DNA of 64,000 bases from Octopus sinensis (taxonomy: Eukaryota). The stretch covers positions 49,228,001 to 49,292,000 of the forward strand of contig NC_043006.1 in NCBI RefSeq assembly GCF_006345805.1, written 5' to 3'. The stretch's first letter is position 1, and the number at the start of each line of letters is the position of its first letter. The notes beneath the pieces are model-generated. The model ran no database searches. It had not been told where the DNA came from and saw nothing but the letters and a program-made list of their open reading frames with translations. The translations under genes and the position numbers were made by a program. This document shows, piece by piece, positions 52,181-64,000 of the stretch.

Positions 52181-53196
52181 TCATCATCATCATTTAACGT
52201 TGGACGTATGATTGAGGGCTGGCAAACCAGATGGCTGCTCTAGGCTTCAATCTTGACCTGGCAGAGTTTCTACAGCTGGATGCCCTTCCTAACGCCAACT
52301 ACTCCGAGAGTGTAGTGGGTGCTTTTACATACCACCGGCATGGGGCCAGTCAGACGGCACTGGCAACGACCTCGCTTGAATCTTTTACACATCCCACCGG
52401 CGCGGGTGCCAGTAAGCCTATACTGGTAACAATCCCGCTCGAATGGTGTTTTTTACGTGCCACTGGCACGGAGGCCAGATAGCGGCTCTGGCAACAATCA
52501 CACTCAGATGGTGCTCTTAATATCCTACTAGCACAGGGCTCGAGTGCCAGTAGTGCGATGCTGGTAACAATCACACTCGAATCATCATCATCATCGTTTA
52601 ACGTCCGTTTTCCATGCTAGCATGGGTTGGACTATATATAGTATACCTTTGCTGGTGGCATGTAGGGCCTCACAGAGAAAATGACAAAGACCGAGACCTC
52701 TGAGATATGCTGTGACTGTGAAGACCCAACAAATAAAGTGAGTTCATGGCTCGCAGGATGGCCTGCTGTGCTAACCTTGGATTGTAGAGTGACTCGCTGT
52801 TCTTGAGGAGACCTACTGAGTCAAGTACGTCAACACCAACATCAAAATGAAAATCAAATGGAAATTGTAGTTATGATACCCGTGCCGGTGACACGTAAAA
52901 AGCACCGTCTGAATGTGGCAGATGCCAGCGTCTCCCGACTGGCGTCCATGTCGGTGACATGTAAAAGCACCAACCGATCATGGCCGTTTGCCAGCCTCCT
53001 CTGGCCCCCGTGCCGGTGGCATGTTAAAAGCACCCACTACACTCGTTGTGGTTGGCATTAGGAAGGGCATCCAGCTGTAGAAACACTGTCAGATCAGACT
53101 GGAGTCTGGTGCAGCCTCTTGGCTTCCCAGACCCCGGTCGAACCGTCCAACCCATGCTAGCATGGAAAATGGGACGTTAAACGATGATGATGATGA
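52181..53196. mobile_element. Cluster of RTE LINE 3' ends in both orientations
   Basis: GGAAGGGCATCCAGCTGTAGAAAC and CATGCTAGCATGGAAAA..GACGTTAAA(TGA)n tails: minus at 52181-52580 and 52581-52632, plus at 52640-53196. Confidence 0.8.
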
Positions 53197-53389
53197 TATA
53201 TACATACATGTATATATGATGGGCTTCTTTCAGTTTTCATCTATGAAATCCACTCACAAGGCTTCAATCAGCTTGGGAGTATATTAGAAGCTTCATCTTG
53301 GGCAAATGTCTTCGACTATGAATCCAAGACCACATGGTTAGGAAGAAAAGCTTCTTAATCATGCAATCATCAGTTTTGAAGGCTAGTGC

Positions 53390-53690
53390 CTATAAACATT
53401 TGGCAAATGTGGAAGACATCATGGGACCTCTGTGAAAGCAAATAGACAATAGACTATCTAAATGTAATTGAAACATATGATCAATGTTTTCCACAGTGGT
53501 GATATTTGTAGGACATCCAGACCTTGAGTCATCTTCAATACTCTCCCTTTCCCTCCTAAATTCAGCTGCCCACTTTTGCACCCTTGATAAAGCTGGAGCG
53601 TCATCCCCTAATATAGCAACCATGTCAGTATGAATTTCCTTGGGGAGCCAAACCCCTTTTCTGCAGGTACTTGATAACAATATAATGGCA
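53390..53690 (-). mobile_element. Mariner transposase N-terminal HTH remnant
   Basis: KEIHTDMVAILGDDAPALSRVQKWAAEFRRERESIEDDSRSGCP. Confidence 0.85.
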
Positions 53691-54382
53691 ATTTTTTTCC
53701 ATTTTCGAGAGAAGTTGTTATTATTTACGTTTGAAGTCTTTGAACAATCGGTGTGATTTTATCAGAAATGAAGCAAAGAGTTTATCAGAAAAGAAGCAAA
53801 GAAGAAAAGAAGGGTTGAAATTAATGCATCCAAGATTTCATAGCTGTAGCACCACTCCTTCATAGTCAGCCTATCAACTTTTCAATCCACTCTTGTATTT
53901 CCTTAGCTTTATGCATCATATACGATACACATTCTCAATTTTTTCAACCATTGAAGTAACTTAAGACTTATGAAAGCATTATATTAGGTAGGCTATATGA
54001 AATGAGGGCTAACTAAAAGTCTGAACACAAGTATGTGCTTTAGACTGGTAAAGGGTTAAGCAGTTCAGATTGGAACATATGGGATACCCACAGAAGGTTT
54101 TATACTCTCTGAAGCTCTTTCTCTACAGTTCTTTGCAATTTTTCTTTATCAGATTCATCCCAGTATTTAAACTTGATTGGAGTTCGCCATTCACTTTGGT
54201 TTACATTCCAAAGCAACTTTGATTCTCCAATTGAACACAACTATCTTATGGTGGCTTCCAATTAGCTTAGCACCAACTTTGGAAGAACTCAAATTCCAAA
54301 TTTATTCAAAATGAAATAAACAACTGTCTCTGGTCTATGTGACAATTTTGTCTGCAATACTGCAGTTTCTGTCAAGGGTTAA

Positions 54383-54602
54383 CCCTTTCATTACCAACCC
54401 GGCTGAAACCGGCTCTGGCTCTGAGTACAAATGTCTTATTTTTATAAGTTTTGCATTAAAATCTTCCACCAAACCTTAGTCACAATTTATGTTCCTAACA
54501 CTAACTTAATGATAACTAAGTTATTTTACTAAATTCTTTGTTATATTTAAAGTAATTCAAAGAAACACAGAGCATCTCAAAATAAATACCGTAACAAAAG
54601 GG
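54383..54602. mobile_element. piggyBac-type MITE
   Basis: TTAA|CCCTTT ... AAAGGG|TTAA. Confidence 0.8.
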
Positions 54603-55694
54603 TTAATGGTGACTTTTCACCAAGTGGTTGTTTTAATAAAAATGTAAAGATTTAAGGTGTGTTTGTCAAGTCACAAATATTAAAGAGATTGGTTTTCAAT
54701 TGTCCTGCCCTTTCAGCTATGTGTAAGCCTCCCTGTCCCCCCTCTTTCTTTGCTCCTCTCTCTGTTCTCCCTTGTTTCCTTTCCCCTCATCTCATCCCTT
54801 CCCCTCCATTTCTTCTCTCCTTCTCCTTCTTTTCTCTCTTGTATCATTCTCTTTGTCTCTCTTCCCTCTCTTTCCATAATCATCTTTTCTCTTCTCCTAT
54901 CCCTCTGCTTGTGTTGCATTTGCTGAAATTGTAGAAGCCATGTCTTTTTTTTTTCTGACTGGAATAGTGAGGGAAGGATAGAGAGATAAAGAAAAGACAA
55001 CAACAAAGAAATTAGAGGAGGGGTGGCAGAGGCATAACAAAAATAACAAAAAAAAGGGGGGAAAAAGAGTATTTATTGTGACTCTGGCATGAAGCTTCTA
55101 AAAGCTAGGATTATGGAACAACCTAGTTTGGCTTTCTAACAGAATGTGAAGGTCATGTTTTAGTAAACAAACAATCACAATAAAAAAGCAACCAGAACAA
55201 CAACAACATCCTTATATATCTAACAATGACAGAAAAGTGATGTCAAAAGTAACCTAATAGTAATAATATAAAAAAAAAAAGGTTAAAATTGTCTTCATCA
55301 CATGGTTTTGGTTGAAATGATTATGGAAATAACCCTTTTCTTTTTATACCATTTTGATGAAGATAAGCCATTGTGTTTTCTGGGGTAACATTCATAATGT
55401 GTTTGGATTGTTAATTATAGGGGTCATCTTCTATATAATAAAAAATATAACCCCCTATGATTATTGTTCAGTCTTGTTACAAAGATTGCTTGGGGTTAAA
55501 CTCAAGATGATGAGAATAGCTGTCACTTGCAAGCATGTATGTACCATATTTAACTTAAGCTCTTTGTTTCTTGTGGAACATTGGCCATCAATGACCTTTC
55601 TCCACTGTTCTTGACTCTGGACTGTTCTTAGTGCTGCCTTGTTTGTACGGAGGGCACCATATATTTCCATGAGAGAAGGCCTTCTTCTCTTATA

Positions 55695-55990
55695 TCATCA
55701 TCATCATTTAACGTCCATTGTCCATGCTGGCATGGGTTAGATGGTTTGACCAGAGCTAGCAAGCTGGGGAGCTGCACCAGACTCTAGTCTGATTCGGCAT
55801 GGTTTCTATGGCTGGATGCCCTTCCTAATGCCAACCACTTTACAGAGTGCACTGGGTGCTATTATGTGGCACCATATGGGCGCTTTTATGTGGCACTGCA
55901 CAAGTGCTTTTACTTGGCACTGCAATGGCACTTTTATGTGACGTGGCACCATCATGTGTGCTTTACACCACCAGCAGGCTCAGTCTTAAC
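55695..55990 (-). mobile_element. RTE 3' end fragment
   Basis: (TCA)n tail, GCTGGATGCCCTTCCTAATGCCAACC. Confidence 0.75.
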
Positions 55991-56040
55991 ACTTCTGCTG
56001 TGGGCATGGGTCTTCTTAAGTATGGCCAGGTGCCAGGTAT

Positions 56041-56444
56041 ACTCTTTACTCTTTTACTTGTTTCAGTCATTTGACTGTGACCATGCTGGAGCACTGCCTT
56101 TAGTTGATCGAGCAAATCGACACCAGGACTTATTCTTTGTAAGCCTAGTACTTATTCTATCGGACTCTTTGCCAAACTACTAAGTTACGGGACCATAAAC
56201 ACACCAGCATCAGTAATCGAGCGATGTTGGGGGAACAAATATATACACACACATACATATACATATATATACACATATACGACAGGCTTCTTTCAGTTTC
56301 CGTCTACCAAATCCACTCAAAAGGCTTTGGTCAGCTTGAGGCTATAGTAGAAGACACTTGGCCAAGGTGCCACACAGTGGGACTGAACCTGGAACCATGT
56401 GGTTTGTAAGCAAGCTACTTAGCACACAGCCACTCTTACGCCTA
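56041..56444 (-). mobile_element. SINE family B with heavy CpG decay
   Basis: GGTCGGCCCGAGG became GGTCAGCTTGAGG; CACCGCC became CACTGCC. Confidence 0.88.
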
Positions 56445-57290
56445 TCTTGCTTTAATTGTCATTGATGTTTCTGTAACTTGGCTTTTTTTCGGAAGGGTTG
56501 TTTTCCCTGTGCAAACCTATTTCTACCTCTAGGAAGAAGCAATCCATATTAGTCCATTCTCCATCTCTTGACCTGTCCAGCATGAAAGGTCCTAACAGGA
56601 GCATGTGCTCCACTGGGATAGCTCTTAGGGTCATTGAGGCATGTGAGCTACCACACCACAATGCTTTTCCTAACTGATTTAGGTGTTTATATAGTCATGA
56701 GCAGACATAGATGTGTTCAAGGAACTTCTCATCCTTGACTCAGCGAAATGTCCAGCAAGTGATAGCCGGAAGAAGATATGGTTGTACTAACACCTGCTAT
56801 TACTTATTACTGTTCAGGCAAGTTTTCTACAGCCAAATACCCTTCCTACCACCTACCCTTATCTGATTCCAAGTAAAGCTGTATTTTCCCATAGCTAGAA
56901 AGGTAAGAAAACACACTCTGTATGATGATGACAGTTGTTTACAACAATCACACAGGGACACACCAACTCACTTATGCGTACACACACACACACGTGTAAT
57001 GGGCTTTTTTCTACCAAATATACTTACAAGGCATATACTGCAAGGTACTTACCCAAGGTACCACACAGTGGGACTGAACCCAGAATCAAGTGGTTGGGCA
57101 GCAAGCATCTCAACCACACAACCATGCTCGTTGCAGGAACATGAAAGGAAGTGCCATGCTCAAGAGCATAATGTATCACCCTACCCAACAATTGAACTCC
57201 GCAACCTTCAGACCACAAGCTGAATACCCTAATCCATGTTACTGCTCGCCTACAACTGGTGTTCCAACCATGCCTCACTTGTCTCGCATA

Positions 57291-57767
57291 TCGTATATCC
57301 TTGAGTATAATCCGTACTTTTTTCCCAAAATTTAACGGTCAAAATCCCTAGTGCGTACTATATATGGGGTTAAAAATGGAAATTATTTTCTTAGCAATGT
57401 CCGAGTCTCTATTTGCTGTCCGGCAATGTTTATTCAGATGCATTTCAGCTAAACCTGGAAGCAATGAAGTCATAAAAGAATCATCCATAACTTGCAATAA
57501 GCAACATTTATTAAACGTTATTTCTTTATTTTCTGCAAACAAAATGCACAAAAAAGCTACACGTTTGCATTATGTTATATATACAATAATAATAAAGGAC
57601 ATTACCGTATACATTTTTACAAACCAAGGACGTTATATAGACCTCCTTGACTCAAGTTAGAGAAGAGGTGCTTATTATACACAAGGTTTAAGTTTTTCAG
57701 AGGTACAGCCCCCTAAAAATCCCCTGCGTATTATACTCAAGGGCAGACTATACTCAAGGATTTATGG
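57291..57767. mobile_element. Tc2/pogo-like MITE with CpG decay
   Basis: same family as 20730-21245, opposite orientation; TIR CTCGAG became CTTGAG/CTCAAG. Confidence 0.85.
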
Positions 57768-58779
57768 TAGTTTTCATGGCTGGGTGTCCTCCCTCACACC
57801 AGCTAACACTAGTACTTGATCAGTAACTAAATGATTGCTATTTTGAGTCGTTAGAGCATCAAATAGAATTCTTTGTGGTATACGTTTTTACTCTGTGGGC
57901 TCTTAGTTCAAATCCCACCAAGGTCAAAGGTATGAATATGGATAAATAAGTTATCCAAATTTATGTCCTTCGTCCATTTGAGATATTTTGCTTTGTTCAT
58001 TTCGCTTTTTAATTATCTTCTGTCCTTTACTTGTTTCAGTCATTAGACTGTGGTCATGCTGGGGCACCATGTTGAATGGTTTAGTTGAATGAATTGATGC
58101 CAGTACTTACTTTTTAAGTTGGGTACTTGTTCTGTCGGTCTCTTTTACCAAAGTACTAAGTTACGAGGACACAAACAAACCAATACTGGTTGTCAGGCAG
58201 AGTTGGGTGGAGGGACATTAATGATCACAAAGACACACATGATCACAGATACACGCACACACTCAGACACATGCGTGCACACACACACACTCACATGCAC
58301 ATGCACACACTCACACATGCACACACTCTCACACACTGTTACACACACGCACTCACACACACACACACGCGCGGAAGAAGAGCATTATAGTTCCCATGGT
58401 AATTTGCTTTCAGTGCAGAATGACATTTATTTACTACTATTGCCAACAGCACCGAGGTAGACGATACCATCGCTGACTACTACGATGGCATTTACCACCT
58501 TCGACAACATCGATGTAAACAACCACCTTCACTGCCACTGCTGCCAACCTAACTGTAAGATCATTTGGAGAGCTGCTGCTGCTAGTACAAACACAAAATA
58601 AAACAGTCACTGCCCATTTGGCTCTCCAAATGGAAGGGTCTATACAGATGTGCATTTCTTTGACTGTATCTTTCTGAAGTTGGGTCTTTGTACTTGAAAT
58701 ATATAAAGGATTTTTTTCTACTTTCCTCTCTGCATTGTTAGAGACCTTTGTCATTTCCCTTTTTGTTTATTATTCTACT

Positions 58780-58817
<38 letters not shown>

Positions 58818-58965
58818 CTAATTTAGGGTATCTAAGAGATACCTCCACGCTGGAAATAGCAGCCAAAACTTGACTCTAAAACCACATTAAATTATTACCT
58901 TTGAAAGTTTTTATACCCATGCTGGCCACTTGATATTATCAATAATTAAATTAACGATCTTATCC

Positions 58966-59015
<50 letters not shown>

Positions 59016-59020
59016 ATGTA

Positions 59021-61463
59021 TCATTATCATCATCATTTTCATTTAACATCCATTTTCCATGCTGGCATGGGTTGGACGGTTTGACTGGGGACTGGCAAGC
59101 TAGGAGGCTGCACCAGGCTCCAATCTGATCTGGCAAGGTTTCTACAGCTGGATGCCCTTCCTAACGCCAACCACTCCTAGAGTGTAGTGGGTGCTTTTTA
59201 CATGCCACCGGCACGGGAACCAATCAGGCGGTACTGGCATTAGCCATGTTCGGGTAGTGCTTTTTACATACCACTGGCACAGGAGCCAGTTGGGGTGGGG
59301 GAGCTGGCATCAACCATGTTTGGATGGTGCTTTTTACATTCCACTGGCATGGGAGCCAGTCAGGTGGCACTGGCATTGACCTATGCACGAATGGTTCTTA
59401 TTGTGTACCACCAGCATGGGAGCCAGTCAGGTGGCACTGGCATCGGTCTCAACTGCGATTTCCATTTTGATTTTGATTTGATTGAGATTGTGATTTTGAT
59501 TTTACTTAACTCAGTAGGTCTCCTCAAGTACTGTGTGTCATCCACCGATTCAAAGGTACTTTTTAACTGGGCTGGTTATATGACACTGGTATAGGCTATG
59601 GCTCTGATCTCACTTTACTTGCCAGGTCTTCTCAATCACAGCATATCTCCAGAGGTCTCAGTCTCTTGTCATTGCCTGTGTGAAGCCCAACGTTCGATAG
59701 TCATGCTTCACCACCTCATCCCATGTCTTCCTGGGTCTCCATCTTCCATGGATTCCTTCCGCTGTTAGGGAGTGACACTTCTTCACACAGCTCTTCTCAT
59801 CCACATGAGGCACATGACCATACCAGTACAGTTGTCCCTCTTGCATACCACATCTGATGTTTCTTATGTCCAACATTTCTCTCAGGGCGCTTACACTCTG
59901 TTGTGTGTGCACAGTGACATTACACATCCAGCAGATCATACTAGCTTCATTTCTTTCAAGACTACATGTCCTTAATAGTGATGGCCCATGTTTCACTACT
60001 GTGTAGCACACATGCATCATCCAGTCTACCTTTCCCTCTGAGCGAGAGGCCCTTTGTCACCAGCAGAGGTAGGAGCTTTCTGAACTTTGCCCAGGCTATT
60101 CTTATTCTAGTGGTAACACTCTCTGAGCATCCACACCCACTACTAACTTGATCACCTAGGTAGTGGAAGCTATCAACTACTTCTAGTTTCTCCCACTGGC
60201 ATGTGATGGAATCTGTTTTCTGAGTATCTGTGGTGTTTATTGCCCCTGTGCATCTACTGCATACAAAAACTATCATCCCGGTTAACCTTCCTTTGATGTT
60301 GCTGCACCTCTTATGCGTCCATAGCTTACACTGGGTACATCTTATGGAGTTTCTACCTACACCTTTTCTACAGATTGATCAGGGCCATCTACCTGAAGGG
60401 GTTTGTGATTTGTTCACCTTCTTACTTACTAGGACTTTGGTTTTTGCAACATTGACTCTTAGACCTTTTGATTCTAAACCATGCTTCCACACCTGAAATT
60501 TCTTCTCTAGTTCTGGTAGTGATTTAGCTATGAGAGCAAGGTCATTAGCATAGAGGAGCTCCCATGGGCGGCCTGTCTGAATTCCTCTGTTATTGCCTGG
60601 AGGATTATGATGAATAAGAGGGGGCTGAGGACTGATCCTTGGTGAACCCCTACTTCTACCCAGAATTCTTCACTATACTCATTGCCAACCCTTACCTTAC
60701 TGATAGGGCCTGTACAGCTCTTACTATCCCTAGTTTCCACATCACCTACAAGATAAGGGATCAGGGTCCCTGTTAAAGGCTTTCTCCCAGCCAACAAAAG
60801 TCAAGTACAGGGGTTTATCTTTGGCTAGGTATTTCTCCTGTAGTTGCCTTACCAGAAACATAATATCAGTGATGCTTCTACCCAACACAAAACTAAACTG
60901 TATCTCATCTAGGCTGGCTCTCTCCCTAATTAGTTGGGCTATGACCCTCTCTGTGACCTTCATCACCTGATCCAGCAGTTTGATACTCCTGTAGTTATTT
61001 CTATCTAAAACATCACCTTTACGTTTGTAGCAGTTGACTATGGTGCTGCTATACCAGTCATTGGGTATGACTCCTTCGTGAACCACCTGGTTTACAATAT
61101 GAGTGACTAAGCCATAGCCCCCACCACCAGATATTTTAAGCATCTCAGCACTGATTCCTGATGGGCCAGGGGCTTTTCCTGACTTCATATCCTTAATTGC
61201 TTTATCTACCAGGGTCAACATTTGGCAGGCTCTCCTCCTCCCATTCATTCTCCACATCAGCAGCCTTTCATAATGGTATCTCTAAGCCCCTTCCTTTGCA
61301 GAATCATTAAAAGCAAGTGCACCATCATCCATGCAGACACATTTCTCTCCTGTAACATCACAATTTTCTCTCACACACTGTCTTGCAATCTGAAATACTT
61401 CAGTTCTTTGGTCCTCATGTCGCTGAACTTTGGCAAACTTCTTCTTTTCTGCTTCTCCTTTGG
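59021..61463 (-). mobile_element. RTE-clade LINE, 5'-truncated, with decayed RT
   Basis: KAIKDMKSGKAPGPSG, DRNNYRSIKLL, VGVHQGSVLSPLLF, PWELLYANDL, GLRVNVAKTKVL, EVVDSFHYLG, RIAWAKFRKLLPLL, RWRPRKTW; RTE-type 3' UTR and (TGA)n tail; stops and frameshifts. Confidence 0.93.
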
Positions 61464-61850
61464 CTCTCTCTTTTACTTGTTTCAGTCATTTGACTGTGGC
61501 CATGCTGGAGCACCACCTTTAGTCGAGCAAATCGACCCCAGGACTTTTTCTTTGTAAGCCTAGTACTTATTCTATCAATATCTTTTGCCGAACCGCAAAG
61601 TTACAAGGATGTAAACACATCAGCATCGGTTGTTAAGCGATGTTGTGGGGACAAACAGACACACACACACACACACTCACACATACATATATATGACAGG
61701 TTTCTTTCAGTTTCAGTCTACCAAATCCACTCACAAGGCTTTGATCAGCTCAAGGCTATAGTAGAAGACACTTGCCCAAGGTGCCACGCAGTGGAACTGA
61801 ACCCATAACCATGTGGTTGGTAAGCAATTTACTTACCACACAGCCACTCA
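61464..61850 (-). mobile_element. SINE family B at the 5' edge of the LINE
   Basis: head, (CA)n, tail; CpG-decayed. Confidence 0.85.
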
Positions 61851-62315
61851 CAGACACAGATACACTCATATATAGTGTTTTAATACTATATGTGTATATA
61901 TAAAAATGGAGATGAATACTGATGCTCCTTGGGATAGGTTTGATAATTATTGAGGTATTCCTTAACATGAAACCAATGATAGCCTTAATACACAGATAAA
62001 AATTCTTTATCCACCAATGCAGTGTTGATCACTCGTTCTCATTGTTTGATATCTACATACATACATACATATATACGAAACATGTCTGCAGATGCCTGAC
62101 CAGCAAGCGGAAGCGGCTGACCTCCCCTGCTTGAAGGTTATAATGGACACAGGTTCATGTGTCATATAACTAGCTGGAGGTGATGGCCTCTTGGAGCTAA
62201 TCAACGGCAGCTTTCGTCTTATATTTATGGACTGCCATATTAGCTTGGCAGTAACTATTAATATCCAGTAGCGCTGCTGTAGTCTCCTTTAGAGAGACTT
62301 AAAAATAATAATATT

Positions 62316-62350
<35 letters not shown>

Positions 62351-62789
62351 ATATATACACACACACACAGACACACATTATGTGTTTACCCAGTGTTCTA
62401 GTAGCAGACTGCATCCTTCAAAACTTCCATGCTTCCTGAGATTCGCCAACACTACACCTGATTTTCTCCCCTCCATACACACGCAAGTGTTCACTTTCCA
62501 GACTTTTGTACATTACTGCATATGCTTTATATGCACTTTTGACAAGTTGTGGTGCACCTGTGCACTGTATACAATAATTTCATTATCTTATCAAGACAAC
62601 TACCTAAGGTGCCACACAGTGGAACTGGACTTGAAGCCATGTGGCTGCAAAATGAGTTTCTTAACTACACAGCCATTCCTGCATTATCTAATATATATTT
62701 TTTATCTCTGACTCTCTCTCTTAATTATATCTAATTAACTTTTTAATGTTAACTGCATTAGATTATTATCACTGACTCAGTAAACTTCA

Positions 62790-63020
62790 ATCATCGTCAT
62801 CATCATCAGCATCATCATCATCATCAGCATCATCATCATTTTACAACCACTTTCCATGATGGCATGGGTTGGACAAATTGTCTTAGTTTGAGTCAGCTCA
62901 TTTAATCAGATGTCATTTCAACATGGTGTTTTTTTTTGGTTTTTTTGTATGACTGGATGCTCTTTCTGACACCAACAACTTTACAAAGTGCATTTTTACA
63001 TGACACCGGTGCCAGACAGG
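62790..63020 (-). mobile_element. Old RTE 3' end fragment
   Basis: (TCA)n then TTTCCATGATGGCATGGGTTGGAC. Confidence 0.6.
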
Positions 63021-63084
63021 TTCTTTTCATTTTTTTAAATCATTTTTTTCTTTTCTAATTCCATCTTTTGTATTTTATAAATAG

Positions 63085-63136
63085 GAGCAGGAAGAGGATG
63101 ATGATGAAGACTTAAAGTCACAACTTAGTTTAGAAG
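63085..63136 (+). CDS. Internal coding exon of an unidentified host gene (EQEEDDDEDLKSQLSLE)
   Basis: T-rich tract and TAG acceptor at 63083-84; 52-nt purine-rich open frame; AAG|GTAAGT donor at 63137; not a repeat seen elsewhere in the window. Confidence 0.7.
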
Positions 63137-63724
63137 GTAAGTTCTTTTCAGGATAACCAATTCTTTACTATGTTTCTAATGAATAAACTACCTGTGTGTT
63201 TCAATTAGTTTTCAATATAATCAATAATTTGAAAAGATTTAGTAAATTATCTGTAAAAATGCGTAAAATCATGGCTATGTAGTTGAAAAATTTGCTTCTA
63301 AATTATGTGTCTGTGGGTTCAATCTCACGGCACAACACATTGTACAATTGTCTTCTACTACAGCCCTGGGCTAACAATTGCCTTGTAAGGGAATTTGGTA
63401 GGTGGAAACTGAAAGAAGCCCATCATTATGTATAAATATAATCATTTTATATATGTATAAAATTGTTCTGAGCATCATTTAATGTCTACTTTTTCATGCC
63501 TTCATGAGTCGGATGGAATTTGTTGAGGCATCCTTATAACTTTCATGTTGCTAATCTTTACCTCTTTCCTAGCAAGGTAATATTTTCTGATGGCCATGCG
63601 TTTTTCACTGAAAAACTGGAAATAAACAACCTTGCTGATAATGATAATGGTGATGCTCATTTACAGCTTTCATGTAATGTCTAGGCAAGGGCACATACAA
63701 ACCCACATAAACATGCTCACACAT

Positions 63725-63768
<44 letters not shown>

Positions 63769-63772
<4 letters not shown>

Positions 63773-64000
63773 GTTGTCAGGAAAGTTTGTGCCGATTTAT
63801 AGTAGCTTACCTTTTGACTTATTTTAGAACATGGTTGAGTCCAAAAAAATAGAATTTGACTACACCTACATTTAGAGCACAGTTTAAGCTATATTTTCGT
63901 GGAAGAAGGTTTATGTTCCTATAACCTGTGTTAATTCTGTAACCCTTTAAAATGGAAGATAAGAAAGTTCATTTTCAGGACTTGATGCTTTGGGAACCAG
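63769..64000 (+). mobile_element. Mariner 5' end running off the window
   Basis: TA|TTGGGTTGTCAGGAAAGTT TIR-like start; ATG at 63952 gives MEDKKVHF, like mariner N-termini. Confidence 0.7.

Noticed and set aside
56785-56823. TACTAAC branch point then CAG|GCAAGT as a recursive splice site
   Set aside because: It needs a non-canonical GC donor and lies next to decayed RTE-like sequence; unsupported without RNA data.
58437-58754. 105-aa minus-strand ORF
   Set aside because: Low-complexity GCA/GTG-rich sequence with no domain or convincing splice pair.
62092-62136. Possible coding exon MPDQQAEAADLPCLK upstream of the 63085 exon
   Set aside because: Weak acceptor context and weak donors (GTTATA, GTTCAT).

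Overview
AT-rich eukaryotic (metazoan) DNA, almost entirely repeats. The SINE/MITE/LINE families resemble those I recall from octopus, so I infer a coleoid cephalopod; this was not database-checked. No intact long protein-coding ORF, rRNA, true tRNA or CRISPR array is present, and nearly all ORF-track entries are microsatellite or SINE translations. Positions 1 to ~51 kb are CpG-retaining, intergenic-like DNA. They hold tRNA-derived SINEs (working names A, B, C, D), MITEs (Merlin-like, Tc2/pogo-like, hAT-like, fold-back), a Helitron, a decayed Tc1 with DD36E spacing, mariner and maT fragments, and Penelope-like remnants with minimal hammerhead folds. From ~51.6 kb on, repeats show heavy CpG decay. 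With a donor at 51601 and a clean 52-nt exon at 63085-63136, this suggests a methylated body of an unidentified + strand gene. That region holds a 5'-truncated RTE LINE with a PHD finger inside its RT region. The most system-like observation is SINE family C: single TSD-bounded insertions carrying 1-5 head-to-tail ~184-bp modules, each with a Pol III B box, joined by a near-invariant junction.
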